NCBI GenBank assembly: GCA_013239625.1
Contig: MU053629.1
Location: 2,259,567 to 2,323,566 of the forward strand
Length of the DNA stretch: 64,000 bases
Direction of reading: 5' to 3'
Source: Lama guanicoe
Lineage: Eukaryota
The notes below the pieces were generated by a model. The model made no database searches. It was not told the DNA's origin and worked only from the letters and a program-made list of their open reading frames with translations. Position numbers and translations under genes: made by a program. Below are positions 37,561-50,400 of this stretch, one piece after another (the stretch's first letter is position 1; every line of letters starts with the position of its first letter).

Positions 37561-40324
37561 ACCTGCCTTCTGTGAAGAAGTTGTTTTCAGGAAGGTGGAG
37601 AGGCACTCTCAGGCATGGATGGAATCGTACTTCTTGACGATGTGTTCTGGAAGTGCGGTCCCTTCAACACAACCCTGCCACTTACCCTTGGTATCTCCAG
37701 GGAGACACGTGTCCAAGTGTGAAGACCACTGCTGCCTTTGGCAAGCCTTTCACCTTTCACCTTTCAGGCCCTGGGGCCTCTCCCTGAGCGCCTGCTGCCA
37801 TTACTGCCTGTACTGCCAGCAACTGGGAGTTAGTCACCTTTTTCTATGTGTGTATCATGTTTTCCTAACAAGCTGTAGTCTCTTTGAGGATGAGAACCAT
37901 ATTGTCAAGTTTTTATAACCCTCACATCACCTAACAAGGACGGTCAGAAAACATAGGAGTTCTGCTCGATGGCTGCGTTGCTCACTTTTCCCTGTGTGCT
38001 TCAATCTCTTCTGTGAAATTGGAATTACGAGACTTGCCCTTATCATCCTACAATCAAGATGATCGAAAAGCCCCTCCCACTCTCCTTTATTCAACAGGGA
38101 TCTGCATCTCGACACTGCAGCTCTGAAAAGCTGTATAAGATGACGAGCCATTGAAGGCTCTTGGAAAGGTCTGTGGGAAGCGGGCTTAGGCAGATCAGTC
38201 TGGCATCAGTGATCGCCGGGTGGTGGGGGGCATGGGAAACAGTTTGGGGCTGGGGGAGCTAAGGGCAGGAGGTCCAGGTAGAAAGTTTCTCCAGTGATAC
38301 AGAGGTGAGGTAATAGCACCCACTGGGAGGTGAGGTGGGGAATGGCAAGACACTGCACTCACGGGGAACTGACCCCAGATGCCTTCTCGAACCCCCAGAC
38401 CTGAACTCAAGATGGATCTGCAACCTTGGCAGAGTCATCACAATCCTCACGCCTCTGCCAGCCAAAACCAATGGTTTCCTGCGCCCTGCCCCCTGGTGGC
38501 CTTTGGAGGCATTGCTGATACAGTGTCTCAGGGAAGCTGCATTCTGGTTCCTTATGGGGAGATCCGGGATTGATGTGGAGGGAAAGATGGCCAAAGTTGC
38601 TTCTGTAGAAAAAGAAAGGAAAAAGAAGGGGAGAGGAGGAGGCCATATGGATTGGGGGTAACTGGGCTCTTGGGGGCAGTTTGTGTCCCCAGACTCACTG
38701 CACAAAGTGAAAACTAGAAGGACTCTCTGAATTGCAAACAGACAGCACATGGATTGTGGTTTAGCCCCTGCAACAGTTTTAAATATTTTTGGTCAGTTGT
38801 CAACATCCAGAATTAAGAATTTCCACATTAAAATCTTAACGTCCGGTTTCTCTTGAAATATCAAGCCAGTGGGGCCCCAATCCTGCTGAGCAGGTGACCG
38901 GGGCTGAGAAACCACAGCCCCTTTCAGTGGGGCACGAGATCTCCTGCCACCCAGGCACCCAGGCTGCCTCCCTCAGTCCCATCGCCCCCTGCTGGGAGAA
39001 TACAACTCCTAACTAAGGTGGGTAGGTCATGGCGGAGAACAAGGTCAAAAAACATCAGGACAGGGGCCAACCAGTCATCCAGTATTTGACCCTCCTTCGG
39101 AACAGCCCCACTAAGCATCGTCCAGCAAGCATATGCTTGAAGACCTTCTGGGACAAGAAAGTCATTGCCCATTAAGGCGGCTCACAGCACCTTCAGATAG
39201 CTCTGACCGCTTTCACAGGGTGGGAACCTCTGTGGAGGCTTCATTCCCATGAGGACACTTGGGAGGCTCCAAGGAGGTCTAGCCCTGCCATCCCCGGGGG
39301 TAAAAGGTCTCCCAGGTATGAGAAAAGCTCTGAAAATATCAACTGTGGTTATTAAACCCTGTGCCATTCCTGGCTTATTACTATGGACATATTGGGAGTT
39401 TAATCAGTGAGATGGAAAGGGATGCAGGTAACTGGATAATCTATGAAACTGAGTCAGGACACCTGCATAAAGGATGAACTTGGGCACATCTCTTTGCCTC
39501 TTTGGGCCGAGGCTTCTCCATCTGTGAACTGAGGTTGGTGAATCCCATTTCTTGGGACCTAATATTCACTTTCACATCCCCAGTGCCAGGGCAGGGACCG
39601 GCTATGTAGAATATAAACTGTGAAGGAACCCCGTAGGTGCTCCGTCCATGTCTGTGAGTGACTGCCGACTCAGCCTCTGAGAGCACTGGTCAGAACAGAG
39701 GCGCCCAGACAGCCCAGAACAAATGGACCCTGGAGAACTCTTTCAGGCAGAGTTCCTCCTGGAAGATCAAAAAGGGAAAATATCTGTGTGAGGCGTGTGA
39801 GCATTTTTGACCACAAGAGGGTGCCCCAGCCTCATTCCTCCCACCCGGCACCTGGGAAGAGAGATGCTCTATCAGAGGCCAAATGGATATAGTGCTGTCT
39901 TCTGGGAGCAGAAACCTCACCTTGGGTACCACTGGCCAAGAAGAGCTGCCTGAGATATAAACACAGGTGGACACGAGACAAAGGAGCAATGGAGGATGCA
40001 GGGGACGCAGGACCAGGAAGGGGCCAAAGCGAGATAAAGGGACTTGCTGGGGTCATAGAGAATGCCTAGACCTGGGGTGAGGTCACGCCGAGTTCCCCCT
40101 CAAAGATGAATGTGATGCTCAATCTCATAGGAAAAAAAAATCTCTCCTTGTGAGTATTTCAGAGCCCACACAGTGGTCAGTACATGTCCGGACTTGAATG
40201 CACAGGGAAGGGGCCAGAAGCCAGACTGAGGTGGGTCCTATACACCTGACTCTGGCCATCAGCCCATACGCCCAAGAGAACCATGAAAGAAAGTTCCTTG
40301 AAACTATGAAAGTCTATTTTGGCA

Positions 40325-40456
40325 GGGGGAGGATATAGCTCAGCGGTAGATCACATGCTTAGCATGCATGAGGTCATGGGTTCGATCCCCAGTACCTCCA
40401 TTAAATTTCTAATAATAATAATAAGTAAACCTAATTACCTACCCCCCCCCAAAATA
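40325..40456 (+). mobile_element. tRNA-Ala-derived SINE (vic-1-like)
   Basis: GGATATAGCTCAGCGGTAGATCACATGCTTAGCATGCATGAGGTCATGGGTTCGATCCCCAGTACCTCCA with A and B boxes, then the family tail AAACCTAATTACCT. Confidence 0.85.
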
Positions 40457-43400
40457 GTAATACTTTGGCTTCTGGTGGTTATAGGCAAGAGAGATTTAAA
40501 TACATATGTCCATAGGAAGTATATGCAAAGAAATACTTGGGAGCATGGTTTTTTGGGAAAATCCTAGTGGAGATCATTGCTCTGGGGGCTGTCGTTCCCT
40601 CCTTGTCCCCCTTTTATGGTGCTTCTCCCTCCATCTCTTCTGAGACCCAAGCCAGTTTCCAGGAGGCACACTCTGCTGGTTCCAGGAATAAGAACCCGGG
40701 TCTGGAGAGAGAAACAGGCATAGCTGAGAAGCCTCTGTTTTGAGAGCTCACCTTCAGCAGGGGCTGGACTCTGAGTGTCCTGCTCTGGAAGCTGTGGGGT
40801 CGCCTCAGGGTGAGAATGAGGCCTCTCCCTCCATGCCCGCCTCTTAAGCCACCCACATAGCTGGCCCAAGAAGCGAAGCACAGAACTGCAACAACACAGG
40901 CCCACAGTAGGGTCTGGACTCCTGCGGGGAGGAGGCAATAGGGCAGCATCCAGGGGGAAAAGGAGAAACAGCCACTTGGAACCACTAATTCTTAAGTCTT
41001 CCCCATCCTGGTTACCTCTCACTTTAGTAGCTCCACAGCCCAGCCCCCCAGACCCCAGGCCGTGCCCCTGGGAACAACGACTATGCCTTGTCCTTCACCT
41101 TGGCACCAAACACAGGCTCCAGAGAGCAGATACCCAGCAAGCGTTTGCCAGGAGGAAGGAAGACTGAGGAGAGGACAAATGGGCAGACACCAAGGGGCTT
41201 CCCGGGGTGACGGGGACCCAGAGCTCAGGGCCTTGGCTTGGCTCCTTATTGCCAAACAGGACTTCAGCAGCTCTCCAAACCTGAACCTCCTGCCCACGAA
41301 ATGGAGGTGGCTGGTCCCCAGACCATGTCCCAGGGCAACCCAGAGAATCAGAGATGGGAGGGCTTGTGGCTAAGGCTGCAGACTGAGGTCCCTCCTAGCC
41401 CCGGGATGTTACTGAAAACAACAAACTCAAATAATTCATTGTGAGCAGTAAAAACTAGTCATTTGGGCAACACTGCCAAGAAGCAGCCGCTCACAGACTC
41501 TAAGGAGATAATCAGATAGAAGGAGTTGATGTTGGCACATGAATAATCCTGCTCTGGCCAGACTGGGAAACAAGTCCACCTTAAGCGCTTTCTGAGTTCT
41601 GCTCACCCCTGTGCAGGTCCTGTTACCCCTCCCACATACCCACGTGGTAGTAGCCTTTGTTTTGTTTTGGTTTTTTTTTTTTTTTTTTGCTTGTTTGTTT
41701 CATCTATTTCTTAGCTAGGTTACTGGAGAGGTTTGGGTAACACTGGCCCTTCTTCCTGCCCAAGCGGGGCTCCTCTAGTCCCCGTGAGGCTCTCCCAGAG
41801 GCCTCCAGGAGCCCTGGCCTTCATGGGACTCTGAGGCCCAGAGTCCCTGAGAATCACTTAACTCTGGATGGGAATACCAGCAAGCCAGGGTCTTGCCATT
41901 TGCTTTCTGTGGGACCTCTTTAACTTTGGTTTCCATAGCTGCAAAAAGTAGATAATAGCGCCTTTCTTGTTTATCTCATAGGGTTTTTGAGGATCACCAG
42001 AGATGGCATATATGAATGTGTTTTGTAAACTATCAAGCAGTGTATGAAGGTGTTACTGTTACTGCTGCTACTGTCGGCAGAACTCTGGAATCCTCAGTGG
42101 TTTAATCGAAAGGCTAGAGTTAGATCTGAAGCTGCTGAGAGCGAGTTCTGCAGGGGCTTGTAGGCACGCCCTGCCCTCTGTCCCCTCCCCCTCTCCTCAG
42201 GTAGGGAAGGGGCTGAACACCTTTTGAGGACTAGCACCCCATTGGAAAAATAATCAGGGAGGGCGTAAATTAGAACCAATTCAATTTCATTTCTTGTTAA
42301 GGATGAAAGAACTAGGAAACTGTGTTCTTTAAGAAATAACTTTAGCCAACATTTACTGAGTACCTACTCGGTGTGTGGTATGATCCTGCGTTCTCATTAA
42401 CCTGCACAACTGCCCTTAAGAAAAGGGCAAAGTTTCATAAAGAAGTAGATACACATTCCAAGGAGGAAAGATGGGCCTTCATGGAATGATGGAGCCACTC
42501 CTCAGCTCTTATTAGACTCCTCCTAAATTGTGTTGGATTTTTTCTACCATGAGGAGAAATGGATACACTGTCTTGGTTCCTGCATGCCCAGATGGGTCTT
42601 GCAGGTCCAATGACCCTGCTCCCTAGGTTAAAAGGCCAGAGAGACTGCATGGGGCTGGGCTGAAGCTAGACAAGTCCAGAGGGCTTCTCTGTGCCCCTTA
42701 ATCAGGGAGCAGCACCCAGGAACCCAGGGAAAGATCAGGCCAGAGTGTCGCAGGCAGGAAACCTGAGCTCTAGTCCTGGAGCTGTGGGAAGAGGCCCCCA
42801 GCCCGCGGCCACCCTGAGTCTGCTGCCCGTCTGCCTGTGTGCCCGTGTGTGTCTTTGTGGTTCCAGAACGGCCACATTGGGTGGTGAAGGCAATGGACTG
42901 GGAGCAGGAGACACACCGGGAGCAGGAGTGCACATTGGCCATGGTCTTCGTGACCCTAGAGCAAAGCACTTAACCTCTCTGAGCTTCAACTTCCGCAGTG
43001 GGAGAGGGGACTGGTTGAGAGGCTACGTGCCAACATTCTGATTCTGGTGGGCAAGAGCCCTACGGGGTGGTTTGCTCTAAGGTCATGAAGACCACGGCCA
43101 AGGGGCACCTGACCTTACTCAGTGACCTCCCTTCAAACTCCCAACCCAACCAGAAGCCATTCTGGCTTCTGAACCAGAAGAGGGCAAGGGAGCCCGTCAG
43201 TGTTGTCCACACGGAGCAGAGGGCGTGGGTGGGCAGGGTGACGAGCAAGGAGGCGGGAAAAACAGGAACCTCTCTCCCCTCACAAGGGGGGTCCTCAGCT
43301 CCTCCAGCCCCTCCTCTGTTTCTGAGGGAGCAGGGCCTGCTCTCCCAGAGGGGGTTCCCCTGTCCGTCCACCCGGTGCAGGCCTTGCTGGATGGACAGAG

Positions 43401-45424
43401 GCAGCGTAGGCTGCAGCTGGGTGGAGAGGTATTTGCTCCCTCCTCCCGATACTTTGCAGGAAAGTATTTCTTACCCCATTTTTACTTCTCTTTTCCAGGG
43501 TCCCCTTCTGGCACTTTCCCTAATCCTGCTGTGAGGGGCTTTGCCCCATTTCTCAGGGATATCTGCATTCTGAGAGAGCTCCTAGAGACCAAAAGGCTTG
43601 ACTCCAGACCTCAGCAAAGGGGGCGAAGCAGGGAGTGACAGGCAGGGCAGGGTGAAAAGGGTGAGGGGCAAGGGAGCCTGGTCCCTCCTGAGACCACTGG
43701 GCCCCAGAGAGCCTGAGCCCTTGCCAGCACCGAGTCCCATGGGAGCTCTGGGAACCTGCTCACCTGGGAATGCTCCACAGTAAGTCACATGCCTAAAAGT
43801 GCTGGCCAGGCAGCCGCACTCAAGAATGGCCCGGTTCGGGTGATAAGCATCATTCCCCGTCCTGGGAATTACAGAGCCGGCTGCAGGCCAGGGCGCACGG
43901 TGCAGCCTGGGCCCCCCCGGGGCCTCAGCAAGCATCCACTCAGCACCAGCCTCAGCTGCGTGTGAACCTGCGTGTGAAGCAGGACGGGAGGCGTATGCAC
44001 CTGTGAAGACGAGCCGGCCGCCTCTGCCGTGGGGGAGACTTCAGCGCTGCTGGAGCAAAAGGACCCTGGTGATTCCAAGGCCTAAGATCTTTCCAGAAAG
44101 GACAGCAGCCTTTCACCTGTCATCAGAGCAGGAATAAACACTTCTGGAAAGGAAGAAGGTGCTTTTGGGAAAGAGCACTGGATGGGAAGTCGGGACCTGG
44201 CTGCTTCTGACCCCAGCATACTGCGTCCTTGCCAGGAAGCCCCGTAAACTACTCAAGGCCTGTCACCTCCAAACTCAGTCCCAACACAACTGTCCACCAA
44301 GGCCTTTTTGCAGAGGCCTCACACTGAAGAAAGTCCCCGTCCAGCTGGAGCGCCCGCTCTGGGATGGCTTCAGAGCCTCCCTCCCCTCCCCGACTCCTCC
44401 TCTCAGACGCAGGCCCTGCTCAGTAAAGCATGAAGGAGGCCCCCCAGGGAAGCCGGAGGAGCAGGGGCCTTTAAATTATGGAGTAGCTTTCTTAGCCCCT
44501 CTCAGAAAGGCCCAGGTGCCCCAGCTAAATAATTCACCACCTCAGGAAGACCCAGTGGTTCCTGCCACAGCTGAAGTAGGTCAGGCATCGGCTCGGCCCT
44601 GGGCGGGGGCTGCGGGCCTCTGCGCAGCTTCCCCACCAGCACTGGGAGGGGCGCAGGCTGGGAAGGCCTCGCTTGCTGGGCACGCGCTTGGCTGGTCCAA
44701 ATACTGCAATGAGGCGAGGACTACAAGGCAGGAAAAGCATCAGCCCTGCCCCCAACACCCCCTTGCTGGAATAAACACTGCCACCAGCACCTCCCCACCC
44801 CAGCCTCCCTCTGGAGTCCAGATAGCCCACCCACCTGCCACCCTGTTACCTACAGGGCCAGCGGCTGGCCGGGCTCCTCCTCCCTCACAGCACCTGGCCG
44901 GGGTGGGGCGGGGTGTCCTCTCTTCACACGCAGGTACCAGCTGGGGCTGCAAATGTCACCCGTGAGCCTTTAACAGCGGACATATCCATCAGCAGAACAC
45001 CTTAGACACAAGTTGCCCAGCACAGGCCTGGGATTCAGGAGAAGGGGTGAGGCAAGGAGTGAAGGGCACCAGGGCCACCCAAGGCGCAGGTGAGGGCGTG
45101 ACCAGGGCCAGCCACAGCCACTTCAGATCTGCTCAGAGCAAGGCTGGAAGGAAACCCAGCAGAAGCCAGGCTCGGGGCCTCTCCTGTCCTCCCTTTCTAG
45201 GTTGGGCTCTGCGTCAGCTGTGAAGGGCGTGGGGGTGGGGGCAGGGGGCGTAGACGTGACAAACAAACAGCCATCAGTCAGGTCAGTGCTCCAATCCTCC
45301 AGGAGCTGGAAAGGACTTCAAACCACCATTTCACAGATGAGGAGACTGGGGCCCCAAGTCACAGATGGGCAGGATCAGGGTCAGCTGCTGGCATCCTGAC
45401 TGAGCCCAGTGCAGCGCAGGCTCT

Positions 45425-45470
45425 CACACCCACACCCGACCCCCACACCCACACCCGACCCCCACACCCA
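45425..45470. repeat. 19-bp tandem repeat CACACCCACACCCGACCCC x2.4
   Basis: Units start at 45425, 45444 and 45463. Confidence 0.85.
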
Positions 45471-45994
45471 TCTGCTCTGCCACCCAGCAAAACCCCTCTC
45501 AGCAATCAGAGCGGCAGCTGCCTACAGGGTGGGCAGGCTTAACCCCTTCCAGGCCAAACTCCTGGGTCCTCTGCTTCCCTCCAGCACAACCTCTTGTGAC
45601 ACACACCAAGGACACTACATGGAGGAGCCCCACCTCTCAAACCAGTCTTCTACTCTAGGGCCTGGAAAGGCCACAAAACAAAGAATAAGATGGAAAGAAT
45701 TAGGCCTACTAGATAACGCATCCGGACAGAAAGAAAGTCCCAAGCAAGTGCTCACTCTGAGTGCAGGGGACCCCCGCCCCTACCCTCAGAACAGAAAGCG
45801 AAGAATGAATTAAACCCAGGCTGCATGGACCCTGATGGGTCACCTCCCCTCCAGACTCAAGACGCACAGAACTGGGCAGGAGGGAGAGGTAACGTGGGCT
45901 CTGAGGTGGGGCCCACCTCGCTTCCTCCTGCCTGTAACTCCCGACACCTCCGGGCGGCTGTCTACGTCCCATGAAGCAGAGGTCAGAGAGCAGT

Positions 45995-47144
45995 TACTTT
46001 GGGTGATTTTTTTTTTTATTTTGCATTTCATATATTATCCAGTTTCACATTCTCACAGGATCAGCAATTACAACAGCCACCTCATCTCCCACGTCTGAAA
46101 ACGGCAAGACGGCCACGGCTGCGGCCAAAGGCAGAGCACTGACGTGCTCATGAAACAAAAAAAATTGCACAATTTTTCCTTCATTTTCCTTAAACTAACG
46201 GCTGACGCTGAGGCTCACTGCTGGAGAACGGAAACCCTTTTCCTCTTCACGCCTCAAACTAAACGTTAAACTTCTCTGACAGGGCGGACAAGGTCTCTTC
46301 AATAATTAATTGCACACGCACACAAAAAAAATCCTTTATGATGCATAAATATTTTGTTACACAGGGTACAAAAATACTTTCACTTTTTGGTTGGTTTCGA
46401 AGTTTGGAAAGAATGCGGGGCCATGGCAGGGGTGGGGCGCGCCGTGGAGAGGTAAGTAAGACGGGGGGGAGAGAGGGTTTTCTGATCGGTTGGCCCATCT
46501 GAGGAGGAGGAAGCGGAGGACCCCGATTTGAAATGACCAAGAAAACACTCTGCCTTGGCTGGGTGGTCCTTCCTGTTCAGCCTGGAAGTGTGGGGGGTCG
46601 GGTGGGGGGTGCCGAGTGGAACCGGCTGTAGGGCTTGGTCCTCAGGGAAGCAGGGTGGGTGCTGGGAGGGGTGTGGGGAGAGGCACCCGGAATGATGAGC
46701 CATTAGTGGCCGGGACCTGTTGCTATGGCGACACAATGTGAGAACAAACTGTACACTCACATACACACAAGTTTAAGTGTCTTAATTCATGCCAGAAAAC
46801 ATGCAAAATTAAACGCCTCGTTTCTTTGAGGTGGAGTTTCAGAAGCAAATTTGGACTGGAGGTCAGGCCTTGCTCAGTCCCAGTGAGGCCTCCGAGCTGG
46901 GTCTGGGGGTCCCAGCAAGAAGGCCCCTGAATCCTACTGTGAGGCCTTGGAGAGGGGCTTTGGGGGCACGACAGGGCTGAGGAAGGGGAGAGAAAGGAGA
47001 CAGGAAGCAGTCCACTGAGTCAGGCTTAAAATTCACAGTCTTTGGAGGGAAGCAGCCGCTCTGCACAGGCCGACTGAGGGCAGTGGAAGCTCAGGGCGGC
47101 TTCCTCCCCCGCGGGCTGGGGGCTTCGAGCTGTGGTGACAAGAC
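45995..47144 (-). other. RBPMS2: RBPMS2 non-coding terminal exon (3'UTR)
   Basis: Acceptor ctctctcccctccctccag on - (AG at 47146-47145); AU-rich distal part; AATAAA on - at 46020-46015. Ends are inferred. Confidence 0.7.
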
Positions 47145-47395
47145 CTGGAGGGAGGGGAGAGAGGTGGCCATGAGCAGAGGCATGGGACTGGAGCTGAGCC
47201 CAGGCCTTCCCCTTGTCTGGAGGCTGCAAGACGGAGGGCGGGGGGTGGCAGGGTCGGGGTGCCCCAGGCACAAGCTCAGGTGGGGGCGTAGCGCCAGCAA
47301 GCTCCTTGCTCAGGCAGAGGAACCAAGGCCCTGCAGGACACCAGGCTCTAGGACACCTTCTGTCTCAGACCTCTGGGCCAGCACTTACTGAAGAA

Positions 47396-47458
47396 CTAAC
47401 AGAACTGCCGGTATTTCCATCCTTGCTGGGTGGGATCAGAGGAAGGGTACCAGCGCAC
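47396..47458 (-). CDS. RBPMS2: RBPMS2 last coding exon VRWYPSSDPTQQGWKYRQFC-stop
   Basis: Acceptor cttctcttgcag; RBPMS-family C-terminus GWK.RQFC; TAG at 47398-47396; donor gtaagt at 47388. Confidence 0.93.
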   Translation of the reverse strand: MRWYPSSDPTQQGWKYRQFC

Positions 47459-50400
47459 CTGCAAGAGAAGCCACGGTCAGGAGCTAGCTGTGCAGTCCTT
47501 TTGCTTGACAAGGGGGCTGGAAATCATGGCCTTCAGCGCCCCTGCCGGCGTCCTGGTCCTGTCACTGCTGGCAGAGGTCAGGCCTGTTACTCACCTCTGG
47601 GCATCAGTTTCTTCTTCCTGAAATGGGAAAGCACCACCTGACCTGCCTCCTCTGCAGGATGGAGGTTCAAATGAGAGGATGCTTAAGAGAGTGTTTACTC
47701 TCCACTGAAACCGCGTGTACCGGGTGGAGTCCTGGCAGCCCTTCCCCCGTGACTGGGAGCGTGCAGAATTCCTAACATTAGGAGGATCACTCTAACCCAT
47801 TTTCGCTCAGCTTCTCTGAGTCTCAGCGTATCCACGAGGATCAGACACGATGGAATGTAAAAACACATCAGAAACCCAAGTCAGTGTGGTCTCCAAGGGG
47901 TCCAACGCCCAGACGCTGGTCCTGTCTTTGATTCAAGGAAGTCACAGATGCAAGCCAGCTGACGTTCCTCACCCCGCTTCTGGGGTTCCTACCCCATTCT
48001 GACTTCTCCACCCATTCTTTTCCCCACTGCAAGCCTCCTAAGTCTAGAGATTTGTCACCTACCAGCTGAGCCCCCACAGTGGGGGCCTGGCAGCTACTTC
48101 AACCCCACCACTTGCCAGAAGGCCCCACAGAGCAGTAGCCCCAAAGCAGGATCCCCAGAGACAGGCCAGGAAACGACAGGCACCCCCTTCCTCATGGATG
48201 GTGAGCTGTGCTGGGTGCCAAGCCAAGGCTGCATGGAGGCTGCCTGCCCCAGTTAGACAGCACGTCTGCCCCAGCCTGACCCGTGGTTGCCTGGGAGGGG
48301 TGGGGACAGGGCATTACAGGACCTTGAGTGAAGGGGCAGGAAGAGAACCCAGAGATCAGAGCTGGGGTCCCCTTAGGCACAGGAGAGCTGATGTGGAAAC
48401 TGAGCAGCAGCTGAGCACATAGATGACCTCCTTGAAATCGGAGCAGTCGGACCCAGTTACCCAGTTAGCTGCCCGGATTCCCTGCCTCTGAAAGCAGAGA
48501 TTTTGAGCAATGCCAGGCTACTGGGGGATTGATCGAAGCTTCCTCAGAACTTGCTCCCGTGCCCCATCCAAATTCTACGTGCTGTTCCGTAAAGCACAGG
48601 ATTCTGACCATCCCATACTCGGCAGGAAGTCAGCGGCTGATTACTCTGAGATGCCAGGACACTTGGCACATAGCAGGACCCGGTAGGTCCAAGGCACCTG
48701 ACCATTGCCGGGATTGTCCCTGGGCTCCAAGGATGTGCCACTGCTGACCGGACCACAACAGCCTCTTCTCGCCTTTGAGACGTCCAGTCTCAGAGGCCAC
48801 TTTATTTTCTCTCCTGTCTCTCCAATTTCTGGAGGCAGTTCCCTTCTTTCCTGGCTGACAGCTCAGTGGGAGGAAGCCTCTCCTTCCCTTTGCTGAGCCC
48901 TGGGCTGCCCTGTCGGCTAGAAGCCCCGCTGGACAGCAGAGCTCACTCCCCAAGAGGGAGGACGAGGAAACCAGCCCTGCTGTCGCCAGACGAGCCTGCG
49001 CTGGCCCAGCTCAGGGAAGGCCCCAGTGGGCCCTGACCACCGCTCTTCACCTGGCCTCCGGCTGGAGCAGCCCCCCGGCAAGGAAGTGCCTGGCAGGCTG
49101 GGTGGACCAGGCAGGGGAGAGCACTGGGCAAGAGTGGGAGGGACCCTGGAGGCCTCTGACTCACCCCCTCCCACCCCTGGCTGCTACAGGGCCCCCGCGG
49201 CAAGCTCGTCCCATCCGGCCCACTCCCGCCACTAGGTGCTGCGGCTCAGGCCCTGAAGCAGCGGCTTTCCCTCCAGCCCGAGATGGGCCTGCCGCCTCCT
49301 TGGGAGGAAGCAGAGGAAAGCCCTCCTTCCTGAGCTCGGGATGGTCGTGCCACTGAAGTGGTCAGAGCTTACTCAAGGGGCTTCCTTTCCGCCTGGCAGA
49401 GGCCAGCCGCCCGGGTCCTTTAAAGAAGCCTGGTCCCTTCCTGGCCTGGCCCAGGACAAGAAACCCCAGGCCCAGGGACCCCAGCAGGGAGCACGCGGCC
49501 AGTCCCCTCTCAGGGCCTCCAGTCGTTCACAGGGGTCTCGGGAGTCCTAAGAGGCCTCCCCACAGGGACAGGCCTACAGGCACCCAATGACCACGGCTCC
49601 AAGAGGGGCAGCAGCCAAACAAAAAGAAGGGGGGCCCAAACTTGGTCCTCTCAGACCTGAGGATGGACCGACTGAGGAGATACACCAAGGAGACAAAGGA
49701 ATGAATCCACAAGAGAAGAAATATGTGCAGCCAACAAATACACAAGCTTCACTCCTCGCAAAGTCAATTAAGACGATGCCCATTCTCACTTAACCCCAAC
49801 TGGCACGTCTCCATTCTGACCTGCACAGTTCCTGGAATCTGCGATAAGGAAACGAGCAGGACAGGTGCCCAAGGAGGTGTGCACACGGGCAGGTGGGCGC
49901 TCAGCCTGTCGGGAGCAAAACATCGTGCAAACAACCTCATTTGCCATCTTCAGGGGGCTGGACACACACACACAGAGGGAGGCCAGCCAGGCAGCCCGGT
50001 GCAGAGCCACATGCACTGACATGGGGTCACACCCTCATATTTAAGTTTTTAAAAGATTAAATGTGTAATTTTTGTAAAAGGTTCATACCTATGGACTTCA
50101 TTATACACTTGTGCCCAACTACTGACCAAGTCTAAGGACTAAAGTAGTGATATTCTGAGAGCAGGATGATAAGCAAAGGGAAAAGAGAGAAAAAAAACCC
50201 TGTCTTTTTCCTCCCGTAAGTGCAGACCTCTAACAGCTAATGCTCAGAGAGCACTCGGCAGGCGCCCACGCTGCTCTCAGCAGCTTTCACGTACTAAGTT
50301 CATTTAAACCTCAGGAAAACCCTGTGATGTCGATGCTGTCATCGCTGTCATCCTACAGGGAAGAAAACAGAGGCAGGGAAGTTCCTGTAAGTTTAAGGTC

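Noticed and set aside
40325..40400. tRNA-Ala(AGC)-like sequence as a functional tRNA gene
   Set aside because: Stems are imperfect, it carries the SINE family tail, and three related diverged copies are nearby; it is a SINE head.
44159..44965. 268-aa ORF downstream of RBPMS2
   Set aside because: Non-ATG start, Pro/Ala/Gly-rich composition typical of GC-rich non-coding DNA, no recognisable domain.
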